NCBI RefSeq assembly: GCF_001194135.2
Contig: NC_068984.1
Coordinates: 66,454,267 to 66,518,266 of the forward strand
From: Octopus bimaculoides
Taxonomy: Eukaryota
Length of the DNA stretch: 64,000 nt
Direction: 5' to 3'
Both the position numbers and the translations under genes were made by a program. The first letter of the stretch is position 1, and every line of letters starts with the position of its first letter. This document shows, piece by piece, positions 13,382-26,344 of the stretch. Under the pieces are notes generated by a model, which was given only the letters and a program-made list of their open reading frames with translations, was not told the DNA's origin and made no database searches.

Positions 13382-13620
13382 TTTGGAATGAGAGGTTTAG
13401 TCTATCGAATCAAACCAAGAATTTCACTGGTATTTCTATTTAGCCTTCAAATAACAAATTAGATATCTTGTAAATTGACTAGGTTTATCTTTAGCTGTAA
13501 TCTTTAGATTTAAACATCAGAAGAAAAAAAGCAAAGAAGAAAAGTACAGTTGATCTTGGCACAGTTTAAAATTAGAATGTTAAGAGCTATGACCAAATAT
13601 TAATGATTCTGCCAGTCCAC
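13382..13620 (-). mobile_element. SINE family B interrupted by a 71-bp insert
   Basis: Family B motifs lie on both sides of 13438-13508. Confidence 0.6.
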
Positions 13621-14529
13621 AATATAAGAAAGAATGCCAATCAATCTCACATTATTTAGACATTTCTCAATGAACCAGTATTTCGGTAGTTAATAATATA
13701 TTGAGTATTTTGTTTCTTTTCTTTGATTCTCATCTCTACTTTGGTATAATTTCAGTTCTTATTGAATATATTAATGGTATTATGTTTATTAACTATAGAA
13801 GAACAAAAGACTCCATGCATCATAATGTCTAAAAATGAGACGCATGAATTTCTGGATCTGGTACTTTGCTTCTGAACTTTTCACTTCTCCTGGAACAGGC
13901 ATGAATATCTGTTCCAGGGGTATATATATTCCTGCGTCCAGCCACAGAAAGAAGAAAAGAGAGACGAAGTAGGAGTGAGAGAGAGAAGGAAAGAGAGAAC
14001 TTTTATGTATTTCTTTTAATTGCATATAAAAGAGATAATTTCATATAAATGTCCCACGACCTCAAATCCCTCAAATCTTCTTCAAACAATATTGAAACCT
14101 TGCTGTTCATCTATTATTCATTCTTTCTTATTAACATAATGCATTAAGAGGAAGAAAGCCATCCCCATTGCATTCTATTTTTCTTACTTTTTTCTTGTGT
14201 GTGTATGTATGTGTTGGCATGAGTAAGATAAAGACAGGTGTGCAAAACTGCATTTTGCCAGACATAGCTTTTTGTCCTCTCATCTATGAGATTTAGCATC
14301 CTGAAATCTGACATCACAGCTTGTTTCCCATGGCTTTCACAGCTCTTCCTCTGCTATGAATACTTTCTATTTTCAGTATACAGCTCTTTTTCATTCACAA
14401 CTAATTGCCTATATTATATGATCATAGCAGTTCAGTTTCTTTTTGTTCCCTTATAGTCTGCTTTTCATAAAACATAACCTATTAGTTTAACCTTGTATTC
14501 TGTGAATATATTTTTCTGCAGCCAAGAAT

Positions 14530-15125
14530 TGTGCACATAAATCTAGCAGACTGCCTGTGTGATTAAGAAGTTTACTGCACAGCCACGTGGTTTTCAGTGC
14601 AGTCTCACTGTATGGTGCCTTGGGCAAGTGTTTTCTACTGTAGCCTCAGGTCAACCACTGCCTTGTGAGTAAATTTGATAGGTGGAAACTGTATGAAAGC
14701 CTATCCTATATGTGTGTGTGTGTATGCACATGAGGAGGTGCTGAAAAGTTCCTGGCTTTGCGTAAAAGAAAATACAGGAGGATCAGTTAATTATGATTTT
14801 ATTAAATGTATCCCCCTCTCAAATTCACACACGTACTGCAGTGGGCCTTCAGTTTTATTAAGCCCTGTAAAAGGACTTGGAAGGTTAGGCCACTAGTCAG
14901 GCCTTTCGCAATACCCTTAAAACCAGGAACTTTCAGCACTCCATCATATATGTATGTGTGTGTGCCTTTGTGTTTGTTCCCATTACTGCTTAACAACTGG
15001 TGTTGGTTTGTTTACATGCTAGTAACTTAGCAGTTTTGCAAAAGAAACCAATAGAATAAGTACTTCATTTTCAGTACTGGGCGCTCCACAATGGCTGCAC
15101 TCTAATGACTGAAATAAGTGAAAAA
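14530..15125 (+). mobile_element. SINE family A, split by a MITE
   Basis: 5' half at 14530-14730 and 3' half at 14947-15125, ending AATGACTGAAATAAGTGAAAA. Confidence 0.8.
14731..14946. mobile_element. Tc1/mariner-type MITE
   Basis: TIRs TGAGGAGGTGCTGAAAAGTTCCTGG and CCAGGAACTTTCAGCACTCCATCA. Right flank TA, left flank CA (degenerate TA duplication). No ORF. Confidence 0.8.
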
Positions 15126-15734
15126 AATTATAGTTTATTAAAAATATAACTTATATCCTATTCTAATGAGATCATAATTAGACTGAAACATTTCTAGCGG
15201 AAGAATTTTCTGTACTTAGAAAAAGTAAACATGAAAATTATATTATCATTATTGACTATCCATGGTGGTGCTTGAGCATGAACACAGCTGCATGGTTCAA
15301 ATGAATTAAAAAAAAGATTTAAAAAATGATGTTGGTTAGCCCCAGACCCCACATCTTACACAACTCACCCTATCACCTTTTTAACTCAATCCTTCTCTTT
15401 TGTTCAAACCTGTCACTAATCTCTTCCTTCTCTCCTGTTCCCTGCTGCACTTCCCCATCCTCCCTTCTTACTGATCATCCCTCATCCAGGATCATTGCCC
15501 ACTCTCTTCTATTCTGCCTGAGTTATAGGAGTCACTTAAAAACCTTACAAATTATGCGATCATCATTAGAGCTGGTGCCATTAAAAAAGTCCCTAGTACA
15601 TTCTATAAAGTGGTTAGCATTAAGAAGGGCATCTTACTATTAAAACCATGCCCAAGTAGAAACTGGTACATGTTGCAGACCACTGTCCAGTTAGACACTG
15701 TCAAACCATCCAACACATGCCAGCATGGCATTAC

Positions 15735-15905
15735 CAATAAAGATTGCCACAATTGGCCTAGACACCTACCTGAAAAACTCTGAGGACTGGATGTTAAAAT
15801 TTGTCTCAAAATATGGAAACAAGAAAGCATCATACTCAGTAACAAAACAGGCAAAGGAATATCTAAGTGAATTCCAAATATCACAAATTTCGGAGACCAG
15901 ACATT
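15735..15905 (+). pseudogene. R4/Dong-type LINE ORF internal fragment
   Basis: KIATIGLDTYLKNSEDWMLKFVSKYGNKKASYSVTKQAKEYL resembles the region between RT and RLE in R4-clade elements. Recognised by pattern only, not aligned. Confidence 0.5.
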
Positions 15906-15934
15906 TACCCTTTTGTTACTATATTTCTGTTGAG

Positions 15935-16133
15935 ATGCTCTGTGTTTCTTTCAGTTAATTTTAATTATAACAAAGAATTTAATGAAATAACTTAGTTATC
16001 ATTAAGCAAGTGTTTGGAACATAAATTGTGATTAAGGTTTGGAGGAAGATTTTAATTCAGAACTTTTGAAAACAAGACATTGGCACTACAGAACCAGAAG
16101 CAGTTTCAGATGAGTTAATATCAAAAGGGTTAA
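15935..16133. mobile_element. Non-autonomous DNA-type repeat ending ...AAAGGGTTAA (TTAA-flanked); related relics near 4060-4210 and 4461-4640
   Basis: The GGG-TTAA end here is mirrored by the TTAA-CCC start at 4461; internal motifs are shared. Confidence 0.45.
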
Positions 16134-17624
16134 ATGATGGTGATTATATGTTATTTTACTCTTAACTTCATAATTATTTTTATTTTAATATTTCCTGCAT
16201 AAATGTATTAACATGGACTTAATTTGTTTTTGTGTGCTGGATTTAAGTAGCAGATGTATATCAATAAAGAAAAAAACAATTGATCTTAATAATAATATAA
16301 GTTTATAATCCTCCATACTCATACATTTTACTGGAGCTTATAACATATTTTTAATGAAAACTTATCAATAGAAAATAAATTGAGCAAACATTTAGAAAAT
16401 AACGTTTATAAACAATCAGTTGTAGATAATGTAGTTGATAGTGTCACATGAAAATCTTTTAAACTTAGATCAACTCTATTTGAACTAACCAGTGATAAAG
16501 CGTCTTCCAACAATGATAAGCCTGTTTTTTTCTTTTACTTTTTAGATCTAAATAATGTCTACATGATTATTTTATCCATTGTTTCCTTCTATTTTTGAGG
16601 TCGCAAAGTGTGGTTTGGAGGTGATTTGGCTGCTATTTCTAGCAGATTGAGTGAATCATGTAGAAAATCTCTCAGTATCTGCTGCTGTTCTATTACTGTC
16701 CATTGTGCACTATCTAACTCGGGGTGGGTGGGAAGGAATACTTAATTTTCATTTGTCCAGTTTACCTAGCATTATATCATAAGTTTGTGTAATTTTACGA
16801 TATTAGCTTTGAGAAAAATATATCATCTAAATATAGTGTGTAGATAGGGTTATAATCCAGGCTGTGTCTTTGTGAAGCAAATCTGCATCCAATACACCTA
16901 AATTGTATGTAGATATTATAATTGTGTCAGGCATGCATAGGAATTGAAAAATACTAGAAATAGTTTTTGCCATGTAATTACATATGAAAGCAGGACAAAA
17001 AATTTTTTCAATGTCCTGTTTTGATATATAATTGAAATATATATGTGGTGTGCTTATTGATAAGCTTTTAGGTGTCATTGTTTAGCATCAATCTCATGGA
17101 GTTGAGTTGATGGTTGTTAAATGACTACAGGAATAGGAAGCCAATCATTGGTTAAAAATTATGTGTAAACTGGCTTTATAAAGGAATGTGTTCTACTTTC
17201 TCCCAAAACAATGAAAAATTTTGGAATAGTTGGATTGGAACTCACAGTCATTTAGTAAGTAGTTGAAAAACTGTACCATTTTTCTTCTGATATATGTAAT
17301 CATTATCATTCCTTTCATTATTCAACATTTGTTTTCCATACCGGCAATGGTTGTATACATTGACATGATCTGGCAAGCCACAGGGCTGCATTGAGCTCCA
17401 GTATCGGCTTTTGCATGGTTTCCATGGCTGGATATGGCTTTCCTCTGTGTGTAAGTGTGTGTGTGTACATGTATATAAGTAGACACATTCATGTATACAG
17501 ATACAAGGTGATAGTGTTGTATACATATCGGTTGATTCAAAAGACCCTTTAGCATTTTAATACTGTTTATCATATACATGATAAAGGGACTTCTGAATCA
17601 CTGTGTGTGTATTGATATATTGGC

Positions 17625-17800
17625 AGGGTAGTGAATTGGCAGAATCAACAGAATTATTAAAGTGTCAGATAAAATGCTCTGCGTTAGTTTCATTTGTTTT
17701 TGTTCTGGTTTAAAACCCTGCCAAGGTCAACTTTGCTTTTCATCCTTCCAGGATTGACAAAATACCAAACAAGCAGGAGATCAATTTCATTGACTGCTGA
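17625..17800 (+). mobile_element. SINE family B
   Basis: GGCAGAATC...GGTCAACTTTGCTTTTCATCCTTCCAGG. Confidence 0.7.
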
Positions 17801-18149
17801 CTTCTACCAATAACATGATACAGTTGAGCACAAATCCCAGCTCAATCACTGAGCTTGAACAAGTGAATGAAGCAACACACTTGATAGGATACACTGCTGT
17901 CACATTAATATTAGATATCTGTAACACATTGCATTGCTACCAACTTAATACAACATGACACAATACAGCACAACACACATATGCATCATTCTTCCAAACA
18001 TACACATATTTTCTCTCTCTAAAAGTGGACCCCACTACAAAGAAATAAAATACAAAGGAAGAAAGAGAGTATTCATATTGATGTACATTTATTTAGGGTT
18101 GTTTGTGTGTCCATATATATCTATATATATATATATATATAACTGGCAT

Positions 18150-18480
18150 TCTCAGTGTTTAGAGCATTGAGCTTACGATCATGAGGTTGTGAGTTCGAAT
18201 CCTAGACTGGGCTGCATGTTGTATTCTTGAGCAAGACACTTTATTTCACGTTGCTCCAGTTCACTCAGCTGTAGAAATGAGTTGCGACATCACAGGTGCC
18301 AAGCTGTATCAGCCTTTGCCTTTCCCTTGGATAACACTGGTGGCATGGAGAGGGGAGGCCGGTATGCATGGGCAATTGCTGTTCTTCCATAAACATACAT
18401 ACTTTGCCCAGACTTGTGCCTGAGAGGTTAACTTTCTAGGTGCAATCCCATGATCAGTAATGACCGAAGGGGGTCTCAGC
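18150..18480 (+). mobile_element. tRNA-derived SINE family E
   Basis: A-box-like CAGTGTTTAGAGC and B box GAGTTCGAATCC, followed by TTGAGCAAGACACTTTATTTCAC. Confidence 0.75.
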
Positions 18481-18681
18481 AACTGGCATTCTGTTGCTTA
18501 TGATGGTGAGGGTTCCAGTTGATCCGATAGATGCAACAGCCTGCTTGTGAAATTGACATGCATGTGGCTGAGCACTCCACATACACGTGTCCCCTTAAAA
18601 TAGTTCTCAGAGGGATTCAGTGTGACACAGATTGTGACAAGGCTGGCCCTTTGAAATACAGGTACTACTAATTTTTACCAG

Positions 18682-18682
<1 letters not shown>
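18481..18682 (-). mobile_element. SINE family D, 3' part
   Basis: Reverse complement matches 60780-60970. Confidence 0.75.
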
Positions 18683-18719
<37 letters not shown>

Positions 18720-19500
18720 GGATGCAGGAAAGCAGTTTGCTTCAAAACCACGAGGTCCCAGTTTTGGTGATACTACTTGGTAACTTGGGCATGTGTCATC
18801 AACATAACATCAAGTCAACATAAATGCACTTTGCTAAAGAAATTGCTTTCATTCACAAACACTCTTATGGCCTGTTTGTGTTGCATGTATCTAACTTTGA
18901 ATATCTCATTTTTTTTTACCCAATATAGTTTTGTCAGTTTGTTCCTCTTGCATTATTGTTACGATATACATCATTTCTTTTCTTAAATATTGATCATGGT
19001 TGTGACCCATTAATTTTTAGCTGTGAGTCAAGTATTTCTAAATTTACAGCTATATGTAGCTTGGATGGCATGGTGTGTGTTTCTTTTGCAGCTGTTATTG
19101 GTTTTGCTTAATAGTTTTATCTATGGCTGATTGGGAAGTATTTAGTAATCAATTTTGAGAAGTTTTTATTTTTTTTTTTTTTTTTGCTACATTTGTCACT
19201 ATGTTTAGTTTGAAGAGTAGGTTGATTCTGATGACATTTCTTTTTCTAATTCTGTTTGGCCAACGATTTGTTTGCGTGACTTTTAGTATGTATTCTAATT
19301 TTTTTTTTTTCATAATCCCATTTGCTTATAAGGTCTTTGTTGTAGTTATGGTGCTACTTGATAGAGCAGATTTTTTTTTTTTTGTTAGGAGATATAATGA
19401 CTTGCATCTTTATTACAGAATGTGGTTGATTAGAATATTTGCTTATATATATAGTGGCGCTTTGTTCAGTTTTCTATAAGAGTAGTGTTTTCCTGTAGTT

Positions 19501-20139
19501 CAGTGTTTCTCAAACTTTTTACCCTTGCGTAACCCCAAAAATAAATTACATGTCTCAAGAAAACCCTGCACAAAAAAAAAAGTATAGACATTAACTTTCT
19601 CATATTTTATCATCGTAGTCCATGTAGTAAATTTCATATATATATAATAGACTCTCTTGTTGTTAGACAATGTATGAGAGTTTGAGAATGTCTTACCGAA
19701 CAACCACACAGATGATTTGTTTATAGTGATCAAATGTTTGTGTAGACATAAGCTTACTCTTGCCATCAAATCAACATTACCTGTACAGGTGCAACTGGGT
19801 GCCACATGTCAGATGTCAAAATGATTGCAGGGCAATGTGAAATGAAGTGCTTTGCTCAAGAACAGAACACAATCCCTGGTCTGGGAATTGAACCCACAAT
19901 CTTGCAATTGTGAGTGCAACACTCTAACCACTAAGCCATGTTATATTTTTTTTGATAACATAATAGGTTAGATAGGATGATGTCTATATTACAATATTAC
20001 AATAACCAATAATATGTTGTCCATGTGTAGTAATATTACGATCATGAAATTAGCTTTAGCTTATCTCACTTTCTCATGGAACCCCTAGGAATCTTTGTGG
20101 AACCCTAGGGTTCCAGGAAACCCTAGTTGAGAAATGCTG
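19501..20139. mobile_element. hAT (Charlie-like) MITE with a nested tRNA-SINE head (19780-19945, -)
   Basis: TIRs CAGTGTTTCTCAA and TTGAGAAATGCTG. Flanks CTGTAGTT and CAGTAGAT match at 6/8 (8-bp TSD). Subterminal palindrome GGAACCCTAGGGTTCC at 20099-20114. Confidence 0.7.
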
Positions 20140-20827
20140 CAGTAGATAAGTTTAGTGTCATGTCTATCAAATTTACTATGTGTAGGTTGTTTTGTTTGGT
20201 TATCTTGAAGGTTAACTTTTACATGATATTGTTTTCTCCTTCATGTATGTTATTTATTTATGTCCATCCATCACTTGGAAGATGTACATATACACACAAA
20301 GATTTATACATATGTGTGTATGTGTATGTGTGTGTATGTGTATGTGTGTGTATGTATACACACAAAAACACTCACATGTATATATAGATAAAATTACATA
20401 ATTATATATTTATATATAATTACATATGTGTGTGTGTGTATGTATGCATGTATGTATGTATGTGTGTGTGTGTATGGCTATATGCATATATTTATTTTGT
20501 GTATATCATCTTCATCATCTGTTTTTCTCTGTTGGCACATGCCTTGAATGGATAATGTATAATTATGCATATTTATGTATATGTATATATGCATATACAC
20601 ATAGATATGCAGTCATGCACATACATATATTTGTAGGAAAGAGAAGGCAATTTGAGAAAGTGTTTCTTGCTGTGCAATTATTCAGATTTAATGTTTACAT
20701 TAGATAGAAGATGCTTATACCTCCCTGGATTTGAATTGGAGAGAAAACGGACTCAAATGGAATTGAAATAAAAAATGTACCTAAAAAAAAAACAATGAAC
20801 CACAAAACTTTAAAATAAATCTCCAAC

Positions 20828-20875
<48 letters not shown>

Positions 20876-21179
20876 GTGTGTGTGTGTNNNNNNNNNNGTT
20901 ATTAATTCAATATTAGAGAAATTTTTAACAGTATATATGTATATTGAGAGAGAGAGAGAGAGAGAGAGAGTTAGCACCTTCTAACTCTATTGTCTTCTGG
21001 CAGATAAAAGAATAAACAAAAAGTTTGCATTACCTAACTGCAGTTGAAATAAAGGCCTAGGGGGAATAAACAGAAAATATTGCTGCCAGGAAGGTGGCAT
21101 AAGCTAATCCAGTAAGTAGTGAGGTGATGGTATGGTGGTGGTGGTAGAAATAGAAGCAGCAGCAGCACCAATAATAATA

Positions 21180-21395
21180 ATCTTTTCTACAATAGGTACA
21201 ATATCTGAAATTTGGGGGAGGGGACTAGTCGATCACATCGACCCCAGCATTTCACTGGTACTTATTTCATCGACTCCGAAAGGATGTTAGACAAAGTCAA
21301 CCCTGGCAGGATTTGAACTCAGAATTTAGTGATGGGTGAAATACTGCTAGGCATTTTGTCCAGTGTGTTAACGATTCTGCCAGTTCGACACCTTA
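21180..21395 (-). mobile_element. SINE family B
   Basis: ACTGGTACTTATTTCATCGACTCCGAAAGGATG...GATTTGAACTCAG...AACGATTCTGCCAG. Confidence 0.85.
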
Positions 21396-21454
21396 GCAAT
21401 TATAATACTAATAATGATAGTAATCATAATAATGATGATAATAATAATAATCAT

Positions 21455-22082
21455 ATTGTCTCTGGCTAAGAAGGAATACATTCACAGACACGACAGAGTT
21501 GAGACCTATATACACTGGAAGCTATACCAACACTATAGAATAACTACAGGAAAAAGATGGTATAGGCACACCCCAGAAAAGGTCACAGAAAATGTGAAAG
21601 CAATCATATTATGGGATATGCCAATTACCATAGATAGAGAAATTAAGGCCAATAGGCTAGCTATTGCTGTCAGAGATCACCAAGAAAAACATGCTTTCTA
21701 ATCAATGTATCAATGCGAACAGATGACAATGTTTCTCTAAAAGAAATGGAGAAACTTTCGAAATACAAAGATTTGGAAACAGAGGTAAGTTAAATATGGA
21801 GCTAAAAACAGAAACAATTCCTATTATAGTAGGTGCCTTAGGTATGATAAAAAATCATTCAGAAAATACATAACAAAAACATCAGGACTTACAAGTATAT
21901 ATAACATACAGAAAATAGCACTACTAGGCACCGCACACATCCTATATAAAACACTTTCAATACGGTGAAAATAAGAGCACCACAACAAACCACAGCACAT
22001 ACCAAAGGCATACAGAGCTGCACTCAGTAGTGCAGTGAAAGTACATGATAAAAATAAGACCACTGAATAATAATAATAATAT
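21455..22082 (+). mobile_element. R4/Dong-clade LINE, 5'-truncated: restriction-like endonuclease domain plus 3' UTR
   Basis: Translates as YIHRHDRV..YIHWKL...WYRHTPEKVTEN..IILWD..I..DREIKANR(LA)I, then after a frameshift INVS...KEMEKLSKYKDL...TIPIIVGALG...IQKIALLGTAHIL. Contains stops and frameshifts; (AAT)n on both sides. Confidence 0.88.
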
Positions 22083-22399
22083 TTGGTTGTTCCCGTAATT
22101 TGTAATTACATCATTAGTGAGGTGTTTTTTTGAAAGCAACCAGTTGTGTTGTGGTTCAAGAAAACAATTGGATTGGTTTGCATTGGATTGGTTTTATCTG
22201 AATTGTTGCTTTCTCTATGTACTGAACAGGACTTGAACTTTGTGCTACTGTAAGCTAATGAAAGTACCCACTCTGAATTAGTGGAACTTGGATTTTGGTA
22301 GCAAAATGCCTTAGACACAAATAGAATGGAGGGTAGTGTCAGAATAGAAACCACCATCTTTCTCTTCTTGTTGGCTGCTTTTCATTGTTACTGTTTTGC

Positions 22400-22630
22400 T
22401 GTTTGGCTGAATGTAGACCTAAAGGCATAGCTTAGCTTTGATACAAAAAGTCTATGGTATTTAGTTACATCTGTTTATGTTCTACATTCAAATCCTGATC
22501 TGGTTGACTTCTGTTTTTTTTCTTTCTGGGGTTGATAGAAACATTGCCAATTTAGTACTGAAAGATCTGGTGTGATCTAGTATACACTTACCCCACCACC
22601 CAAAATTGTGGCCCAGTGTCTAAGAAATCA
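22400..22630 (+). mobile_element. SINE family B (degenerate)
   Basis: GGTATTTAGTTACATC...TTCAAATCC...GGGGTTGATAGAAA...CCAAAATT. Confidence 0.55.
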
Positions 22631-22670
22631 CTGTTACCTGATAGTAGAGCAGGTAAACGAAGAGGGACAG

Positions 22671-22711
<41 letters not shown>

Positions 22712-23009
22712 CAGGGGCTCATGAAAAAATATGCTTGTCTCATACAAAAAACTAAATGTAATTAAATGTTTCTTGAGCTCTGATGAGTCCTAGAAAGCTC
22801 TTTACATAATGTTGAAAGCTGGCTCCATAATGTAAAGTAAATGTAGTGTAAATCTCTTTAAGTAGAACAACTTGTCTGTCATAAATGCATTTCATGTTCA
22901 AAACTGAAGCAATGTAAAACAAAGTGCCCTGTACCCTGCTGTGAGTTCGAACTCACAATATAGGAGTCCACAGTCTCATATCTATTTTTAACTTCTACAA
23001 TAGAATATA

Positions 23010-23200
23010 CTGGTTTCTAAAATTGGTACAAGGTCACAATTTTGTTGGAAGGGTATAATCAATTGCTTTCTGTATTTTATCTGTTCAACATCATGTTGAT
23101 GAAAGGTAAAGTCTATCTCAGCAGGATTTGAGCTTAAAATATAAAGAGGTGTAACTAAATGTGGTAATGCATTTTAGTCAATTGCTCTGACAAATGCTTG
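23010..23200 (-). mobile_element. SINE family B (degenerate)
   Basis: GATGAAAGGTAAAGTCTATCTCAGCAGGATTTGAGCT...GTAACTAAAT. Confidence 0.6.
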
Positions 23201-25284
23201 CGAGAACATATTGACAGTAAATCAACCTGTTAGAGTATGGTCTTCACTATGGAGATAAATTCCTCTCACAGAGGCATAGAAGAAATTGAAGTAATGTTAT
23301 TGCCTAAAAACTATATTAATGATTGACATGACCTATTTTGGCATTCCACCAGATTTTGTTAGTGATTAGATTAAAAATCAGACAAACTATTGTGGTTGAA
23401 AGAGTGTTTTTTATTTTTGCTCTGGATTTGGCATGTCTGTATCACTTCTCATATATCTTTGCAGCTACAACAGCCTTTTCTGATAAATACTTTCTGTTGT
23501 TTACTCTGTCATACCTACTCCTTATCAGTTGACTGTTCTGAACTACTCTAAATATATTTATAAACAAATTTGCCATATATTCCTATTAGACCTCTTCTTC
23601 AAAATCCACACAGTCAAAGTTATCATTCATGTACTAGAATCAATTCAGGCAACTCTGTCTCTCCCTGACAAATTCGCAGCTTTGTGCCAATTCTAAGAAA
23701 ATAATCAGAATTATTTTGTTATTGACAGTGTTGGTAGAGAAGCAGACAAGATATTTCTGCTTTGATTAAACCAGTTCTTTTGCATTCTGAGGATCAGTTT
23801 TTGACTATCTTTCTTGTGGCATAGATAAAATAATTATTTGTCAAGTACCAGGATCAATCTAATTGGTTACAGACAGCTTTAAGTTTCATGGCCCTATACG
23901 TATGTTATTTTGTGTCAATAGATATAATTGATTCTGTAAGTAATTAAATTTATGGGACAAACCTTTTCCCTTGGACAGGATCCATTCAACCAAAGAAAGC
24001 TTACCGCATGAAAAGTCAAGCACTCAGCACACATAAGCTCATGAAAGCTCTTGACAATTTTTGAAAATACTGACATTGTTTATAGTTGTTAAGATAACAC
24101 CTTGTGGTTTCTGCTTACAGCTATGTTGTATAGCCATTATACTGCAGTAGAAGTAATAAACTGTTGGCCCTCTTTTTACTGGCTATTGAATACTCTACTG
24201 TTGGCCGTCTGCAGCTCTTGGTTATGGATAAATAAACAAAGTTTGTACATTTTTGCAACATTTGATAGTTTTGTACATATTTTTTACTTCATCTTAAGTC
24301 CACTATATCATGCTATTAGATTTCAGGAATATTTTTAACATATAAGGCAGGGCATAATATTATAGGCATGATGCTTTGAGTAATTCAATTCCTTTCTGTT
24401 TATTTTTATTTAATACTTGTAGGTAATTTTTTCTGATTGGCCAAATTGATAGGTTGCTAAACTATTGGTTAACAGATTATATGGAATTATATGACATGGA
24501 GGAAAGTAACTTATTAGGAACAATGTAAACCGAATAAGCATTTAAGTGAATGAACCTGAAATTGTAGTACCTCCATAGCAGTTAAAACAAAGTGAAACAA
24601 TTGATTCTATTTATCCTGCTTAGGCACGATATTATATTGATGTCTGTAAACTGTTAACACATTTAGAAAAAAATTTCTGTTGATAAATAAATTCATTCTT
24701 TCTTTATTGCTAACAAATCACTCGTGTCAAATAACAATATGATACCTATTTTTCAACCAGGTAAATTGAGTTAAATTATATGTATTATCTATTTATTTGA
24801 GACTATCAAGCTGTTGGAAGAAGCAAAATTAGGATTCAGAATGTTTGATCGAAAATAAAATAAATTCTAAATGGCATTTTGTTTATGGAAAGTGTAGGTC
24901 TCATTCACTGGTTTTAAACATCAGCAACTGGGACACCTAATAATCATTTTTTTCATTTAATGTTTATAAGTTTATGTCACTCAATAATTCACCAGATATA
25001 TTCAGTCATCAACTTGATGCTAACTATCATATCGTTACTACCCATTGTCGCAAGAACTAGTCGTTAATATTTAATCACATCTTACTGTCATGACAACTAA
25101 ATGTAAGAGTCTCCATTTTTAATGATGAGCTGTAATAAATTTCCCATCATAAACTTTGTTCAGTAAATGAAAGCATAGTTGCTACTATTCTCTCCCTACT
25201 CACACTCTGCTAGTGTATCTCATTATAACATATTTGAGATCATTTGCAGAGAGTGAAAATATTACTTAATAATGTCCTTCCTCT

Positions 25285-25355
<71 letters not shown>

Positions 25356-25959
25356 CCCTTCTGCTTCACTCTCTCAATGTCTCATTCTCTCTCACTAACT
25401 CATGCTGATATGAATGCCACTAGGGCTCTCTGAAGGTGTTACAATTATCAAAATAGACATGGTGCCATGTTACCATTATGTCCTATAATTGTCTAGGATA
25501 TACTTGATTTCATTCGAGCCACTGTATAATGTTAAATTTAACTCGGGAACTCTTTATCTAATAAGATAAAGCCTATAAGATATTTCAACAAGTATGGGTT
25601 ATCAGTGGTCAAGTCTGCCTAAGCAGATTATTTCCGATGGAGGTGGTGTTAAACCTTGATTAATTCTTCTTCACTGAAAGGCAGCAATGATAGTTCTAGG
25701 AATAAGTTGATTTCAATGCTTCATTAATTTCAATTAATGATTATAAGGAAAACCTTAAGCACTTGGACAATTTATTCATACATACATAGGAACACACGCA
25801 TATACATGCAATTATGCACATAACAAATATGAATGTATACGTATTAAACTGAAGCTACTGAGTTATGTTTGTCTATAGATTATATTCATAACATTAATTA
25901 ATGAATACCATATATATCATATATATATCATACACACACACACACACACACATACACAC

Positions 25960-25990
<31 letters not shown>

Positions 25991-26294
25991 ATGTCTGTAG
26001 CTGTCACTGCTGTGCCTGCTAACAATGATTAGATTTTCCTCTAAGCATGAAAATTAATAATTTCCTATGAAATTAATTCATTATTCCATGAGATTACCGC
26101 TACTTGTCTTTGATACTTGTAAACAGTTGCCACTAGGTTTTTGTTTTCTTTCTCTAACAAAGGGGTAAAAATTCATTAAGAATGTTTTGTGTTCATCATC
26201 TAAGTACATTTCCTCCAATGTGATTTATCTAAATTCATGCCATTTGTCTGTTTGAGCTATTTCTCCTTGATCATCATCATCATCATCATTGTGT

Positions 26295-26344
<50 letters not shown>

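Noticed and set aside
22781-22802. CTGATGAGTCCTAGAAAGCTC as a hammerhead
   Set aside because: No partner for stem II, no GAAAC and no cleavage triplet.
22940-22957. Perfect 18-bp palindrome TGTGAGTTCGAACTCACA
   Set aside because: Explained as the T arm (GTGAG-TTCGAA-CTCAC) of a decayed tRNA-derived head.
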